A DNA stretch of 64,000 nt from Octopus vulgaris. Lineage: Eukaryota. The stretch lies in NCBI GenBank assembly GCA_951406725.2, contig OX597821.1, positions 100,254,001 through 100,318,000 of the forward strand, given 5' to 3'. Under the pieces are notes generated by a model. It did not search any database and was not told where the DNA came from. It saw nothing but the letters and a program-made list of their open reading frames with translations. This document shows positions 13,291 through 26,132 of the stretch, in pieces. The position numbers and the translations under genes were made by a program. Within the stretch, counting starts at the first letter, position 1. The number at the start of each line of letters is the position of its first letter.

Positions 13291-14174
13291 GTGCAAGGGC
13301 CAGATGTTGACTCGGAAAATCACTGAAACAGAAATCTCGCGAGCCACAATTTGTATTCAACAATCGAAAGGAGGAACTATTCAGACTCGTACTGTGAATC
13401 CCGACTTGTAGGGATGGGTTGCTCAACTACATGGAAGAATGATTGACTGATTGATTGACACTTTAAAATTCCCGTTTCTCTTCACCAAAACTCTCAATAA
13501 ACCTCTCACTACTACTAATTGCACTGCAACCACTTCTACAATTTCTACCTCTGCTATCACCAAGAACAACAGCCTATTAACATTAAAAATATTTTATTAC
13601 AACGCTTACATTAATATTATAAAACAACTCCGGTATCATATGGTCAACAAGAACCGTTACGTCGTGCGATGGGAATGATATTAAGCCAACAGATTTTTAT
13701 TAGATATTCCCGCTCACATATATCTGTCACCTCCACCCCCACCTCCATTAAGCGGCATTTCTCTCTAAACGTTTGTTATCAAACATAAACCTATGTTGCA
13801 CATCTGCTATTCTTTTCGGTATATATGGTATATATGCAATACGACCATATTTTAGTCGTCATATACATACATACATACTTAATTCACAACCATATTTTAG
13901 TAGCCATATGCATACATATGCATACATACATACATAATTCGAAATCACTGTCAAGTTATTTCCCTGTAAACGTTATTACATATCGTTGCTATTATGCAAA
14001 AGTGTCGTAAGTCCAAAACATTGCGTTTTCAGAAAAGGAAACACTAGTTTCACCATTCCATAGCAAAACCGTTGTACTAAACATTAGCAATTTTTAATAT
14101 ATTGGTATCTGAAGCAGCTGGAGATGCAACAGGTTAACCAAAAGAACCAGCTATTGCAAGTACACATACACACA

Positions 14175-14249
<75 letters not shown>

Positions 14250-14519
14250 TATATATATATATGTATATCCTGTGACCCCTTCAGCTACAGTCCATTCCAC
14301 GTATTTCTTCCTGTTCTGTTTAGTCCATTTAGAATGGACTAAACAGTGCACACGCACACACACACACACACAAACAAACAAACACACATACACTCACACA
14401 TACTTAATATATACATAAGCACATATGTACATATATATATATGTACTTGTAAATGTACACTTAAAAACTATACATGCACGCATATACATGCATGTAGATA
14501 TATACACATATACCCCAAG

Positions 14520-14910
<391 letters not shown>

Positions 14911-15262
14911 ATTTTCTCTGAGCCTGCGTGAGGCTTCTATTTTATCTTGCCATGTGGGAAAGACCATCTAAATGTCATTTAACAGCTCTAAAACATTTTG
15001 CCAATAAAACACATCCATTACGTTCACATTACTTACACATGAACAACCCATTTTAAACTCCCACATTTCTTTGCATTTATTGCAAAGCTTCAAAGTATTT
15101 GGAGATCTCTTTGCTTACAAATGCTACCATGATGCATGCACTGCAGCTACATATACTGAACGGACAAAATAAATCCTCTACCTGCCGCACGACCGGCTAG
15201 AAATAGCAACCGAAATCACGTCTTATGTTTAATAAAGTATATACTGAATATATACTGAATAA

Positions 15263-15550
15263 TTCTGTTGTGTCAGGGGAGAGTCATTTTCTTTTGTGCC
15301 TTATAATGTAACACACTCACCGGTAACATTTCTACTTATTCCTTATTTTTATTTTCCTAAAATTTTCGTTGCGTCTTGCAACCCTTTCAATAGTCTAGGA
15401 AAATAAAAATAAGGAATAAGTGACAATTTTACCGGTGAGTGTGTTAAATTATAAGGCACAAAAAGCAAATGACTCTCCCCAGACACAACAGAATATGCTT
15501 CAACACACGAACTCATATAAAGAATCTTGCAAACCAAATCCCAAAACGAA
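15263..15550. mobile_element. Short fold-back element with an HHR-like loop and 11-bp TSD
   Basis: Arms 15262-15359 and 15396-15494; ATACTGAATAA at 15252-15262 and 15551-15561. Confidence 0.8.
15357..15393 (-). ncRNA. Minimal hammerhead-like motif, U3-A8 variant
   Basis: Reverse complement CTA TTGAAAG G GTTGC-aagac-GCAAC GAA AATT T TAG. Confidence 0.55.
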
Positions 15551-15679
15551 ATACTGAATAAGTTTTATGTAAATTAGACACGAGCATACTAAAGCGTGGA
15601 TAGCCAGTTTCTGTGTTCTCTATTTATTATTAACTGGGAGCTAAGCAAGAATGATAACAACCACAATAACAATACTGGC

Positions 15680-15870
15680 TTGCAATTTTGTCACAGAGGT
15701 TGCAGTTTTTGAGGGGAGAGGAAGGGGAAAACGACCCCGGTGCTTGACTTGTACTTAGTTTATAGACCCCAAAAGGCTGAACTGTAAAGTCGATCTCGGC
15801 GGTATTTGAACTCAGAGCGTACAGACGGACGAAATGCCGTTAAATATTTCGTCCGGCTAACGATTCTTCC
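15680..15870 (-). mobile_element. SINE family B
   Basis: aaagtcgatctcggcggtatttgaactcagagcg...aacgattct. Confidence 0.75.
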
Positions 15871-16966
15871 AATACTACGAGAACAATAATAGCAACACCG
15901 ACACTTGCTCTCCACCAGCTATCTTTACAATGCTATCCTGTAGGCAATGTTATATTTTGTAACATAGCACTATAGTTGTTAATTCATATGATACAATAAT
16001 AAAGTAATTTAGTGATGTAATATAGTAATATAGTAATATTCGTACGAGATTACTGTGTCTCCAGGACTGGACCCCGCATCCTATGTTGTCCCTTCAGGAA
16101 TTAACCATCGAAATGAGTAATAACATACTCACCCATTTCAATCATTAATACATCATTTAGAAAAATTATGGAAAGCTCTGGGCAAAATGAATTCCCTTTA
16201 GAACAACCAAGAGAAAATCGACTTCATAACTACTATCACGATTTCTGTATAAAATGACCTTCATCCCTACCAATATTACCACCGACACCACCAACTACAG
16301 CCGCTTTCACCGATGCCTCCTCCACCACCTCTACCAGCGCTACCATCATCACAATCACCAACACCAATACAAACACCACCACCACCACCTTCATCACCAC
16401 CAATAACAAAAACCAACAGTAGCAACAATCACAGTCGCTTTCATCATTACTCAACGGTGCGGCCATTATAAACATGGCCACTTACACATCTTTCGCAAAA
16501 CACAGCCATAACAACTCTATCACACTTTATTACTGTATCACTAAAACCAAACTGAATCATCCACGCCAACGTCGTCCCCGATGTACCCGTAAATCTAATC
16601 AACATCATCATCATCTCTTTTACCGATTTTGCTGCGACTATTACACACATTGCTATAAAAGTACCAACAGGAAAATTTGAAGACTTGTCAGTTTTGTGTT
16701 AATTTGTAGGCCGAGAATAACACATAAACAACAGTAGAAATAACAATTGTAATAATAGTAGATTTAGTTCTTTAGTGGTCTTGTAATTATCGATGTCATT
16801 TTAACCAGGTAACTCTACTCATTTATTGATGTGAATAGAATCAAGGGTTTTGTTGGTGCGAACAGCTTCCAAACATGGCGGAACTTCAGTTTCGTTGGAT
16901 TACTAATAATCTATTTGTGTGTTTGTGATTGTGTGTGTGTGTATATATATACATACATACACACAT

Positions 16967-17002
<36 letters not shown>

Positions 17003-17004
17003 GC

Positions 17005-17047
<43 letters not shown>

Positions 17048-18270
17048 AAGAAAGCAATTGATAGATAAACAAACGTATGGGTGCAATTGTGTATGTTAAG
17101 CTTTTATACGGTTTATTCAACAAGTTATCCTGGTCTGTAGTTGGAGAGATTTTAAGGATCGATTCTCTTAGAAAATCCGAACGTTTCTACTTACTGGTGA
17201 TTGTGAAGGCTGAAGTACTGGCACAATTGATAGAGATTTGGACGAGATGCATTCACGATAACTAGTTTGGCATCTCCGGCTTGTGAATTGAAATCCCGCT
17301 ATTCATTCCGACAATGATCAATAACCTAACGATTTCTTGTATTGCACCAGTGTCATTTGCAATGGAAGGTCTGAGTCGATTGAATCGACTCAAGTTTTTA
17401 ATATGTAGTTATTTATTTTATCGATCTTAGAGAAGAGAAAATCAAAGCCGTGTACAGAGAGTGTAAAAAGACGAAATACTGTTATGCCCCTTTGTGCAGC
17501 GCTCTAACTTGCGTAGCACTGAACTACGATATGCAAAGCACGGCCGTCACTCGCAAACGAATATGGCATGATAGCATGTGCTGATATTTCCTTTAACTGT
17601 TTTAGAGGGATATGTGATGGTGGGCAAATATAGAAGACTTCTGAGACACTCTTCACTGTTTATCAAGCGGAACGTCAAGCATGTGACAGCTGAAGGAGAG
17701 AGGACTTCATCAGCACTAATCTGCTACTCCTTTTCACTTGGGTACACCAGATCAACATAAAATGAAATGTCTTGTTCAAGGGAGGGACGTGCCACCTGTT
17801 CCAGCAATCGAATCCACATTTTTATGATTGTGAACGCAACGCTCTAACCACTTGACCACACAGCTTTAAATATACAGAAAGTCAAGTATAAAATATCTTG
17901 TACCTGATCATTGGCAATTGGTCCTTAACTCTATTCACTGGGTACCAGCGAAAGAAAGATCTTGACGAAGATGCGATAGAGATTCAAAGGGAAAATACCC
18001 TCGAGCAGTTCCCTTAATCACAGGGTGATTTGAATTCAACACCGCAGGCTATCGGTGTTATCATAAGATGAGCGACGTTTACTTGAAGCATTGTGCTAAA
18101 GAACTAAAACAAACTAGTAAAAAGGGTCAGCTTTTCATAATGCGAAAAAAAGAAACAGACTTTAATAACCTTTAACTTTCAGGCTTGAATACTGCAAGGC
18201 ATTTTACCCAACATGCTATTGACTTTAGCAGATCCCCCACATGCTCATCTCATTCGGTGACTCCTGCATA

Positions 18271-19572
18271 CGAGGTGGTATCAAAAAGTTCTCGGACTAT
18301 TTCTTTAACGGGCCGACAGATGTCAGCACACGGTTGCGTGCGCAGTGAGAGCTAGATGTGACCTTCATGAGGCAGTGTACCGAATGACATCACTGTGTTT
18401 ACTTCGCAAGTTGTGAAATTTAGGTTTTTGTGATCACGTGTATGCTGCGATGTTTGTCATAGAGAGGAAGCTGGAACAGACACAACGTGAAATTTTGCGT
18501 TAAACTTGGGAAGAGGTATGCAGTAAAATATATCTGGAAGATCCTGGAAGGAATTGTGCCAAATTTTGGCATTGGAAGCTACACCAATGCCGGAACGAGA
18601 TGACACTGCATAGTACCAAAGATCCCGGCAAGGCCATCGCGCTTCAGGACCAGCTACTGCAACAGCCTGGATTTCAGGTGCCCACAGCTTTTTAATATAT
18701 TCCCAAAGAGTCTGAGAAACTTGCACAAAGTGGATGTAGGGGTTTTTAAATCAAAGCTGGACCTCTTCGTGTCGAGAGTTCCAGATGAACCTACATCAGG
18801 GCAAGAAGGGCAAATGAGGGTAGCTATATCAAATTCCATTCTTCACCAAGTGCCACATATTAGATGACGCTCTTAGTAATAACAGTGTAGCAAAATAGCG
18901 GTGCATCAGCATGGCCACAACTCTGAGCTGAAACTAGAGAGAAAAAAAGTCTGCTACAAAATCATTGAGCATGCTTCGGCAAGCTTACGACAAGGAGGCA
19001 ATAGGGCGTAAGCAATGTTTCGAGAGGCATGGGCGCTTCAAAAAGTACGACAGAGCTGCAGGATAATCAAGAGCATGCTCATAGCTTTTTTTCGATGACC
19101 GCGGTCGAGAATTTGTCCCCCGTGCCAGACCGTCAGTCGAGAGTTCTACCGCGATGTCTTGAAGCGTTTAAGGGAGGACATTCGGCGAAAGCGCGGAGAT
19201 CTGTGGCGCGCGAACAATTCGATTCTTCACGACGATAATGCACGCTGTTACCGAGCTCTCATCACTCGTGAGATTCTCGCTAAACACAACATGGTAACGC
19301 TTCAGCACCCGTCCTATTCGCCAGATTTAGTACATGATTAAGCATCTCTTCCCCAAGGTGAAAATGCAGCTCAAATTTGCTGTTTTAACACCATTATCGA
19401 GATCAAGAGCGAGTCGCAGAAGGTCCTCGACTCGCTTACCGAATCCAGGCCGGATTCAAAAAGTGACAGGGACGCTGAGACCGGTGTATTGATGCACAAG
19501 ATGGTGTCAAAAAAGTTATTTCTTATTTCTTATTAAACATAACTAGTCCAGGAACTTGTTGATACCGTCTCG
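18271..19572 (+). mobile_element. Internally deleted mariner DNA transposon
   Basis: TA|cgaggtggtatcaaaaagttc...gaacttgttgataccgtctcg|TA TIRs; NVKFCVKLGK and LHDDNAR...HPSYSPDL motifs. Confidence 0.92.
18512..18948 (+). mobile_element. 5'-truncated CR1/L2-group LINE nested in the mariner
   Basis: RYAVKYIWKILEGIVPN...PQLFNIFPKSLRN...FKSKLD...VPDEP...SNSILHQ*, stem-loop tail and A-rich end; it interrupts the mariner sequence cttgggaag|tctgctaca. Confidence 0.88.
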
Positions 19573-19715
19573 TACAACACCATGTTTTAACAGTTTTTTT
19601 TGTTCAAAACAAAAGCTTTCAGATCCATCATCAAAAGTAAATAATCCGTATCTTTGTGCCTGGAATATATAAAGCTCATATTTCTTTTTACGCAGTGTAA
19701 GAAACACTTTATCTT

Positions 19716-19950
19716 AAGGCGGCGAGCTGGCAGAATCGTTAGCACGCCGGGCGAGATGCTTAGCAGTATTTCGTCTGCCGTTACGTTCTGAGTTCAAATT
19801 CCGCCGAGGTCGACTTTGCCTTTCATCCTTTCGGGGTCGATTAAATAAGTACCAGTTACGCACTGGGGTCGATATATTTGACTTAATCCGTTTGTCCGTT
19901 TTGTTTGTTCCTTCTGTGTGTAGCCCCTTGTGGGTAGTAAAGAAATAAGA
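19716..19950 (+). mobile_element. Full-length SINE family B (Nin/Deu-like core)
   Basis: Complete head, core cctttcatcctttcggggtcgat-aaataagtacc and tail gtaaagaaataag; flanking repeat taagaaac(a/t)ctttatct is TSD-like. Confidence 0.92.
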
Positions 19951-20309
19951 AACTCTTTATCTCAACTATTTTGTTATTCTATCAAGATATTTAGTATTAC
20001 TGGAGTATAAAATGCCCTATTTTCTAGCGTCGACTTGTCACTAGAAAGTTCCAGCCGTTGAGCAAATGTAGTGAAGATGAAAGTACGTGCTGACCTCTAC
20101 TAATTCGAAAGTCTGCAGATGCAAAATGAAAGAGAGCATAACTGTTTTAGAGCCTAATATATAACTAGTGCTTATCAGATCTATAATGATGAAAACAATG
20201 TAAAACATAAAGGGATCAAAACATTTTGGTTCAATTTGGGCATTGTCGACGATAATTATAAAATATATTCTAATTTTCACAACAATTTTGTTTGTTTATC
20301 AACGTAGTA

Positions 20310-20703
20310 CTACTCTTTACTCTCTCTTTTACTCTTTTACTTGTTTCAGTCATTTGATTGTGGCCATGCTGGAGCACCGACTTTAGTCGAGCAAATCGAC
20401 ACTAGGACTTATTCTTTGTAAGCCTTGTACTTATTGTATCGGTCTCTTTTGCCGAACCGCTAGGTTACGGGGGCGTAAACAAATCACCATCGGTTGTCAA
20501 GCGATGTTGGGGGAACAAGCACATACAAACACACACACACAAACACACACATATATATATATTTCCGTCTACCAAATCCACTCAGAAGGCTTTGGTCGGC
20601 CCGAAGCTATAGTAGAAGACACTTGCCGAAGGTACCACGCAGTGGGACTGAACCCGGAACCATGTGGTTGGTAAGCAAGCTACTTACCACACAGCCACTC
20701 CTA
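20310..20703 (-). mobile_element. SINE family A
   Basis: Reverse complement of the 4005-4462 consensus. Confidence 0.9.
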
Positions 20704-21049
20704 CATGCTTGTAAAATTCGTGTCGTTATCATTGATTATACTTCAATGTTTTCATGTTAAAAAGATGGTAATGGTTATATTCTTCATTTTGTTGGCAGAA
20801 TGGTTGTCGCATCGAACAAAAAGCTAAACATCATTTCTCATGGCGCTTTACATGGTGATTTCAAATCCCACCGAGGCCAATTTTGCTTTTGATCATTCTG
20901 GGTTGGATAAAATAAACTACCAGCTACACAGCGGGGTCGATGTAGTCGACTTGCTCCCGCCTCTCCTCATCATTTACTGGCCTTGTGCCTTTAAGAAAGA
21001 ATTGTTTATCTAAGAATTAACTCTAACTTTTCCATTTGTCATATATCAG

Positions 21050-21176
21050 ATGACATTCAAAATTTCCCCGCCTACAAGTAATTTGGGAGGCAACATATCC
21101 CTCAACTCCCGCTCGGGTTCGTTTCGGATGGCTCCACTTAATTCTAGTGACTGGCATATTGCCACTTATGACAGCT
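21050..21176 (+). other. Candidate exon (gene unidentified); diverged duplicate at 22058-22191
   Basis: Branch-like ctctaac, pyrimidine tract, CAG acceptor and GTAAGT donor; one frame reads *HSKFPRLQVIWEATYPSTPARVRFGWLHLILVTGILPLMTA. Confidence 0.35.
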
Positions 21177-22439
21177 GTAAGTATCTGACTGATACGCTTC
21201 CAATGTGCACTTGAATTTCTCCTATGGCTGCCTCAATGCATTTTTTCCAGAACATTTCATCTAAACCTAAATGATTTTTTGATTGTCTCTAAATCATCAA
21301 TGTCATTCAATTAATGAATTACCCTCTCAGATGAAAGATGAAATTTTAATCTTCATATGCTTGACAAGTTGACTTGTGTCAGAATGAAAAGGAATCATGC
21401 CCATATTTTACAGTATTTATATAAGTAATTCTGAAACGGTTCGGAATACATGATTTCTACTGTCCTAAATCTAATACTGCCAAGGTCTACTTAGTCCTCT
21501 CTGGTGTCCGAAAAAATATGCTCCATTCTTTAGGCACTGTCTAAGTCGACTCTAACCTTTCTACAGATTTATGGCAGTATACTAATTCCAAGAATATCAT
21601 TTGGTATCCACATGAACTATCTTCACCTTTTTAAAATGAGGAACATTGAAGGAAACGCATGTATTTAGTGATTCGTCACTTATTATTTCCAACTATAATT
21701 GCAATTATCACAGCAGTTTTCTTTTCTGTTCAATTTACAAAGATTTGATTCTTTATGAAATATTCAAATGTTATTTCCAAATTTGTCTCATAATTTCACT
21801 TTTGTTTAAAAATGCAATTAATTAAAAAAAAAAAATGTCTTCCTTGATAATTATATTTTACATTCCTATTTTGACAAGAATTTGTTTTATTGTCAACGTT
21901 AACCGGAACACGATTGTAAAACTTCGACATCTTATCAATGATCACACTACTCCACTTTCCATGTTCCACGTTCAAAATTTTAAAGATAATTTTTCTTCAT
22001 TTTCTACGATTAACTTATATTAATTTTTAATAATTTTTGCATTTGTTATCAAATCAGATGACATTCCAAATTTTCACATCTGCTCGTAATATGTGTGACG
22101 ACATATCGGCTTCTTCCGTACGGAATTCGTTATGATTATTTCGGAATTTTTGTGCTTAATTACAGTTATTAATGGGTTGTTATTTATGAATGTAAGAAAT
22201 AAGTTCAGGTAAAAACAAGTTTTTTTTTAATTAATACCCATCACGTCTGAATACATGCTGAAAACCTCTGAAGTTCCTTGGAACTAAGATATTTATTTGC
22301 TGGTTCTTTAGCAATTTTCTGGTTGTATTCACAGTAATCGATGCAAAACGTATTAGAGCATATGCCACGGTTTAATAATGTAATCAAATTTTATAAAATG
22401 AAGGGAAATAATCCTAATGATAACAATCATAATAGTTTC

Positions 22440-22860
22440 AAATTTTGGCACAAGATCAACCGGTTTTCAGTGAGGAAGGAGTTGATTACATCGATCCCAG
22501 TACTCAACTGGTACATATTTATAGACCTCGAAAGGATAAAAGGCAAAGCCAAACTCGGTCTAATTTGAACACAGAACGCAAAGTCGTAAGAAATGCCACT
22601 AAACATCTTGTCCGGCATGCTAACGATTTTTGCCTGCCTGCCGCTTTAATATTACTTTCTATTATAGGCACAAAGCATGAGATTCTAGGTGAGAGGTAGA
22701 TAGTCGATTACGTCAATTCCAGTGTTGAACTGGTACATATTTTATCGACTCCAAAACGATGAAAATTAAAGTCGACCTCGACTGAATTTGAACTCGGTGC
22801 GTGAAGCCAGAAGAAATGCGGCTAAGCATCTTCTCTGTTGTGCTAACGATTATGCCATCT
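22440..22860 (-). mobile_element. Two tandem degenerate SINE family B copies
   Basis: cgaaaggat.aaaggcaaag, aaagtcgacctcg and gctaacgat motifs. Confidence 0.75.
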
Positions 22861-22885
22861 CACAGCTCTAATAATAATAATAATG

Positions 22886-22968
<83 letters not shown>

Positions 22969-22969
22969 T

Positions 22970-23643
22970 ACTGAAGTATGTCAACTCGACAGAAAAATAA
23001 GCTTGACAATGATCTTAAGGCAGATACAGAACGACTTTATCTGCCAAGGAAGTGGACTTTTATCAATGCAATAACATTGTTTTGTCTTGGTATGAAAAAG
23101 ACTGGGTTAAAACTTGTCTCAAAACAGCAAATATTCAGTGCTCAAAACAGGCACAGATATTGCTTGTCAGTTGTTTGACCTTAACCAGTTGACCGTGCCA
23201 AAACTCCCTTAGTGGCTGACGATACCTCTGTGCATCTCTGATCACGAGACAAAGACCCATCAATGGCTAGTGAAACAGGGGAGCATCATAGCCATGAAAC
23301 TGTTGAGAGTAGGATTCTTTGGGGTTTGAATAATTCACCTACTGAGAAACATGAAAGAGCTGTACAATATATTCACTGGGGTGGATTTCTTTCAACATCC
23401 TTAAACAACCCTTATTGCCACATCTCAACCTTTTGAGCGGGATGTGCTACTCAACCTGAAGAAAATTCTAACTGGGCCCCACCTGCAAGGTCATGTGCTG
23501 TTTATCTTGATATGAGATCACCATGTCGCGCACATATGGTTGTGATGCATGTGCCTGGTGTACCCTTATCAGACGGGTAGTCATGATGGGTATATTGGGC
23601 TTCGTATATTTTACCCCAGTGTCACTTTGATGGCATGCACTGC

Positions 23644-23644
<1 letters not shown>
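22970..23644 (+). mobile_element. Dong/R4-derived mosaic inserted in (AAT)n
   Basis: EVCQLDRKI and KADTERLYLPR RT motifs followed by the (AAT)n-tailed retroposon; (AAT)n on both sides. Confidence 0.7.
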
Positions 23645-23710
<66 letters not shown>

Positions 23711-23713
<3 letters not shown>

Positions 23714-24097
23714 GATCAGTAAATATAAAGACTTGTTAATAGAAATTGAAAAAATGTGGCATCTCAAGGCGACTACAATAACAGTGATTGTAGGATCTCT
23801 AGGAATGATAAAAAAAGGTACTGAAACCTATTTGAAAATGATACCAGGCTTACCATCCCTACAGGAAGTGCAAAAAATCGTGTTAACTGGAACGGCTCAT
23901 GTACTGAGAAGAGCATTATCGCTGTGAAAACAACATCCATTCCTGAATTTATTTATTTATTAATTTTTTAAATACATATTTTACCTGTGAATTTGCGTGT
24001 GTAATCTGGGAATGCATACAATGAGCTTCTCTGCCCTAGGTGTACGGAAAACACTCGGCGAGAAACGGAAGAAAATTTGAAGAAAGAAGGAAAAAAC
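23711..24097 (+). mobile_element. 5'-truncated Dong/R4 LINE (RLE C-terminus plus 3' UTR) in (AAT)n
   Basis: KISKYKDLLIEIEKMW...VIVGSLG...QEVQKIVLTGTAHVLRRAL*; (AAT)n on both flanks, the known Dong target. Confidence 0.88.
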
Positions 24098-24135
<38 letters not shown>

Positions 24136-24899
24136 TTTGGCACAAGACCATTGATAATAATATTAATAATAGTAATAAGGATGCTGCTGATGTTCATGAT
24201 GATGATAATGATAATGATTACGCCGACGGAGAAAAAGCAGAAGTAGAAACAATCCTTTTAAACAGTAACAACAACTACAAGAACGGCAACAACAACTACA
24301 ACAACAACTACAGCACCAACGTACATTTATAACCCAGACGTTTAATTCGATGATTGCTTTTATGCAATTAACCTCAGCATTTTTCCTGTCAGGCTTAAAG
24401 CCATAGGATTTCGAATTTTCGAATTGATATAGACGTCTTTAACAGTAGCTTGAGAACCCATTCGACGACCTCTTGTCACATTCTTACACAGACCGTTATA
24501 TTCTAAGTACCTATCAATTGTTACTATACGTCATAAAAATGTCTGTTCTTCTGTAGCTATATCAGAATTTATATCTATGTCGATGCCTTGTTTGTTCTTA
24601 ACTTTTCCATCGCAACAAAATCATATTGCTTTACTGTATCATATCGAAAACTTCTCATCATCTTTCTCCACTTATTGCTTCTTTTCGTTTTCATAATTTT
24701 ATTTCTCAGTCTATTTCTTTCTCTCTCTCTCTCTCCCTCTTTCTCCCCTCTCACTTTCCTTCCCTACTCTCTCTTTCTTCCCTTATTTCTCTTTTCACTC
24801 CTCTCCATCTCTAAAACTGTTTACGGCGATCCGTCCTTTTTGCGTTTCGTGTTATATATATTTACCAGTCTGATTGATATTTCAATGCATCCGTTAGCG

Positions 24900-24919
24900 T
24901 TACTACTACTACCACTACC

Positions 24920-24983
<64 letters not shown>

Positions 24984-25190
24984 TTTTCTCTTGTAGGTGT
25001 TGTTGTTTTCCATCCTTCTCCTGCTCTTCCTTCTCCTCCCCATCGTCGTCGTCATCATCATCATCATCATCATAATCATCATCATCATCATCATCATCAT
25101 CCTCCTCCTCCTCCTCATCATCATCATCATCATCATCATCTTCTTCTTCTTCTTCTTCTTCTTCTTCTTCTTTTTCTTCTTCTTCTCGTT
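24900..25190. repeat. Compound trinucleotide microsatellite (CTA)(CCA)(CAT)(CCT)(CTT)
   Basis: Visible directly. Confidence 0.95.
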
Positions 25191-25371
25191 ATTGTTGTCA
25201 TTCGATTGGCCTCTTCTTCTGACGTACCTAATTTTGCTCCTAGCTTTCTCAATGATTTGCAAATGTAACTGAAGAAACCAATTTTCGTTTTATGTTTTAT
25301 AACACACACGGAGTTTCGATAGACTATTTATGAAGTTCGCCCTGTACTGGTGTAACACAACAAGCTTTTTG

Positions 25372-25541
25372 GTGAAATAATTGGTTTTTAACGGCTGAAC
25401 TCGAAGTAGTAAAGCTGTAAGTAATGACGTATAAATACTGGGTTAAGAACCCTTTTTTTTTACGTGTTATTATCTACGTGTTATTATTTACGTGTTATTA
25501 TCTGTACTTCGAGTTCTACCGTTAGAAACGAATTATTTCAC
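25372..25541. repeat. Fold-back with 37-bp imperfect arms around 3 x 14-bp tandem units
   Basis: gtgaaataattggtttttaacggctgaactcgaagta versus tacttcgagttctaccgttagaaacgaattatttcac; tacgtgttattat repeated three times. Confidence 0.75.
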
Positions 25542-25689
25542 TTTCCTGGAAATTTCTAAATTCCTATGACGTGAGCTTTTTTGAATTTTTTTCTTTTAAA
25601 TCATTGTATTTTACATGAGACTATAGGTCTTCGTGAATCCTTGGGTTAAGAGTCATAACATCCAAGAAGGAGTAATGACCAGTTGACAA

Positions 25690-26132
25690 CTCTGGCCTAG
25701 AAATCAGTTGAAGGGGGAGCTACCCCTGAAGGGTCGAGCAGTGACAAATGAGCCTCGTCGGTGGGGGTTGTGCCACCGGCAGGGGAAGAGACACCGTCGG
25801 TGGGAATTGAGCTGCTGACGGTAGAAATGACTACCTCGTCCCCGGAGGAAGACAAATTATTGGTCTTCTTCTACAGAGGCGGAGAAGTGAAGAAGGTGTT
25901 GGAAAAGCACCATAAGGAAGTACCTTTAGCCTGCACACTGGATCGCGAAAGGCTTCCGCAGATAGCTGTGGAGGTCATAACGTTGCCCGTGTTGCGTAGG
26001 CTGGAGGGACGCAATGAGGAATACCGCTTGTGGCCGGGTGACGTCGACACGGCACCCGCTTTGTGCTTGAATGAGGCGTGGGTGATGGCGGAGGATGGGG
26101 TCACAAGCGATGTTGGGAAGGAATATGGATAA
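25690..26132 (+). other. GC-rich island with 123-codon ORF, probably a TE ORF1 fragment
   Basis: Abrupt rise in GC and non-repetitive protein-like translation; family not recognised. Confidence 0.35.

Noticed and set aside
24588-25272. 226-aa poly-L/H/P ORF
   Set aside because: Compound trinucleotide repeats
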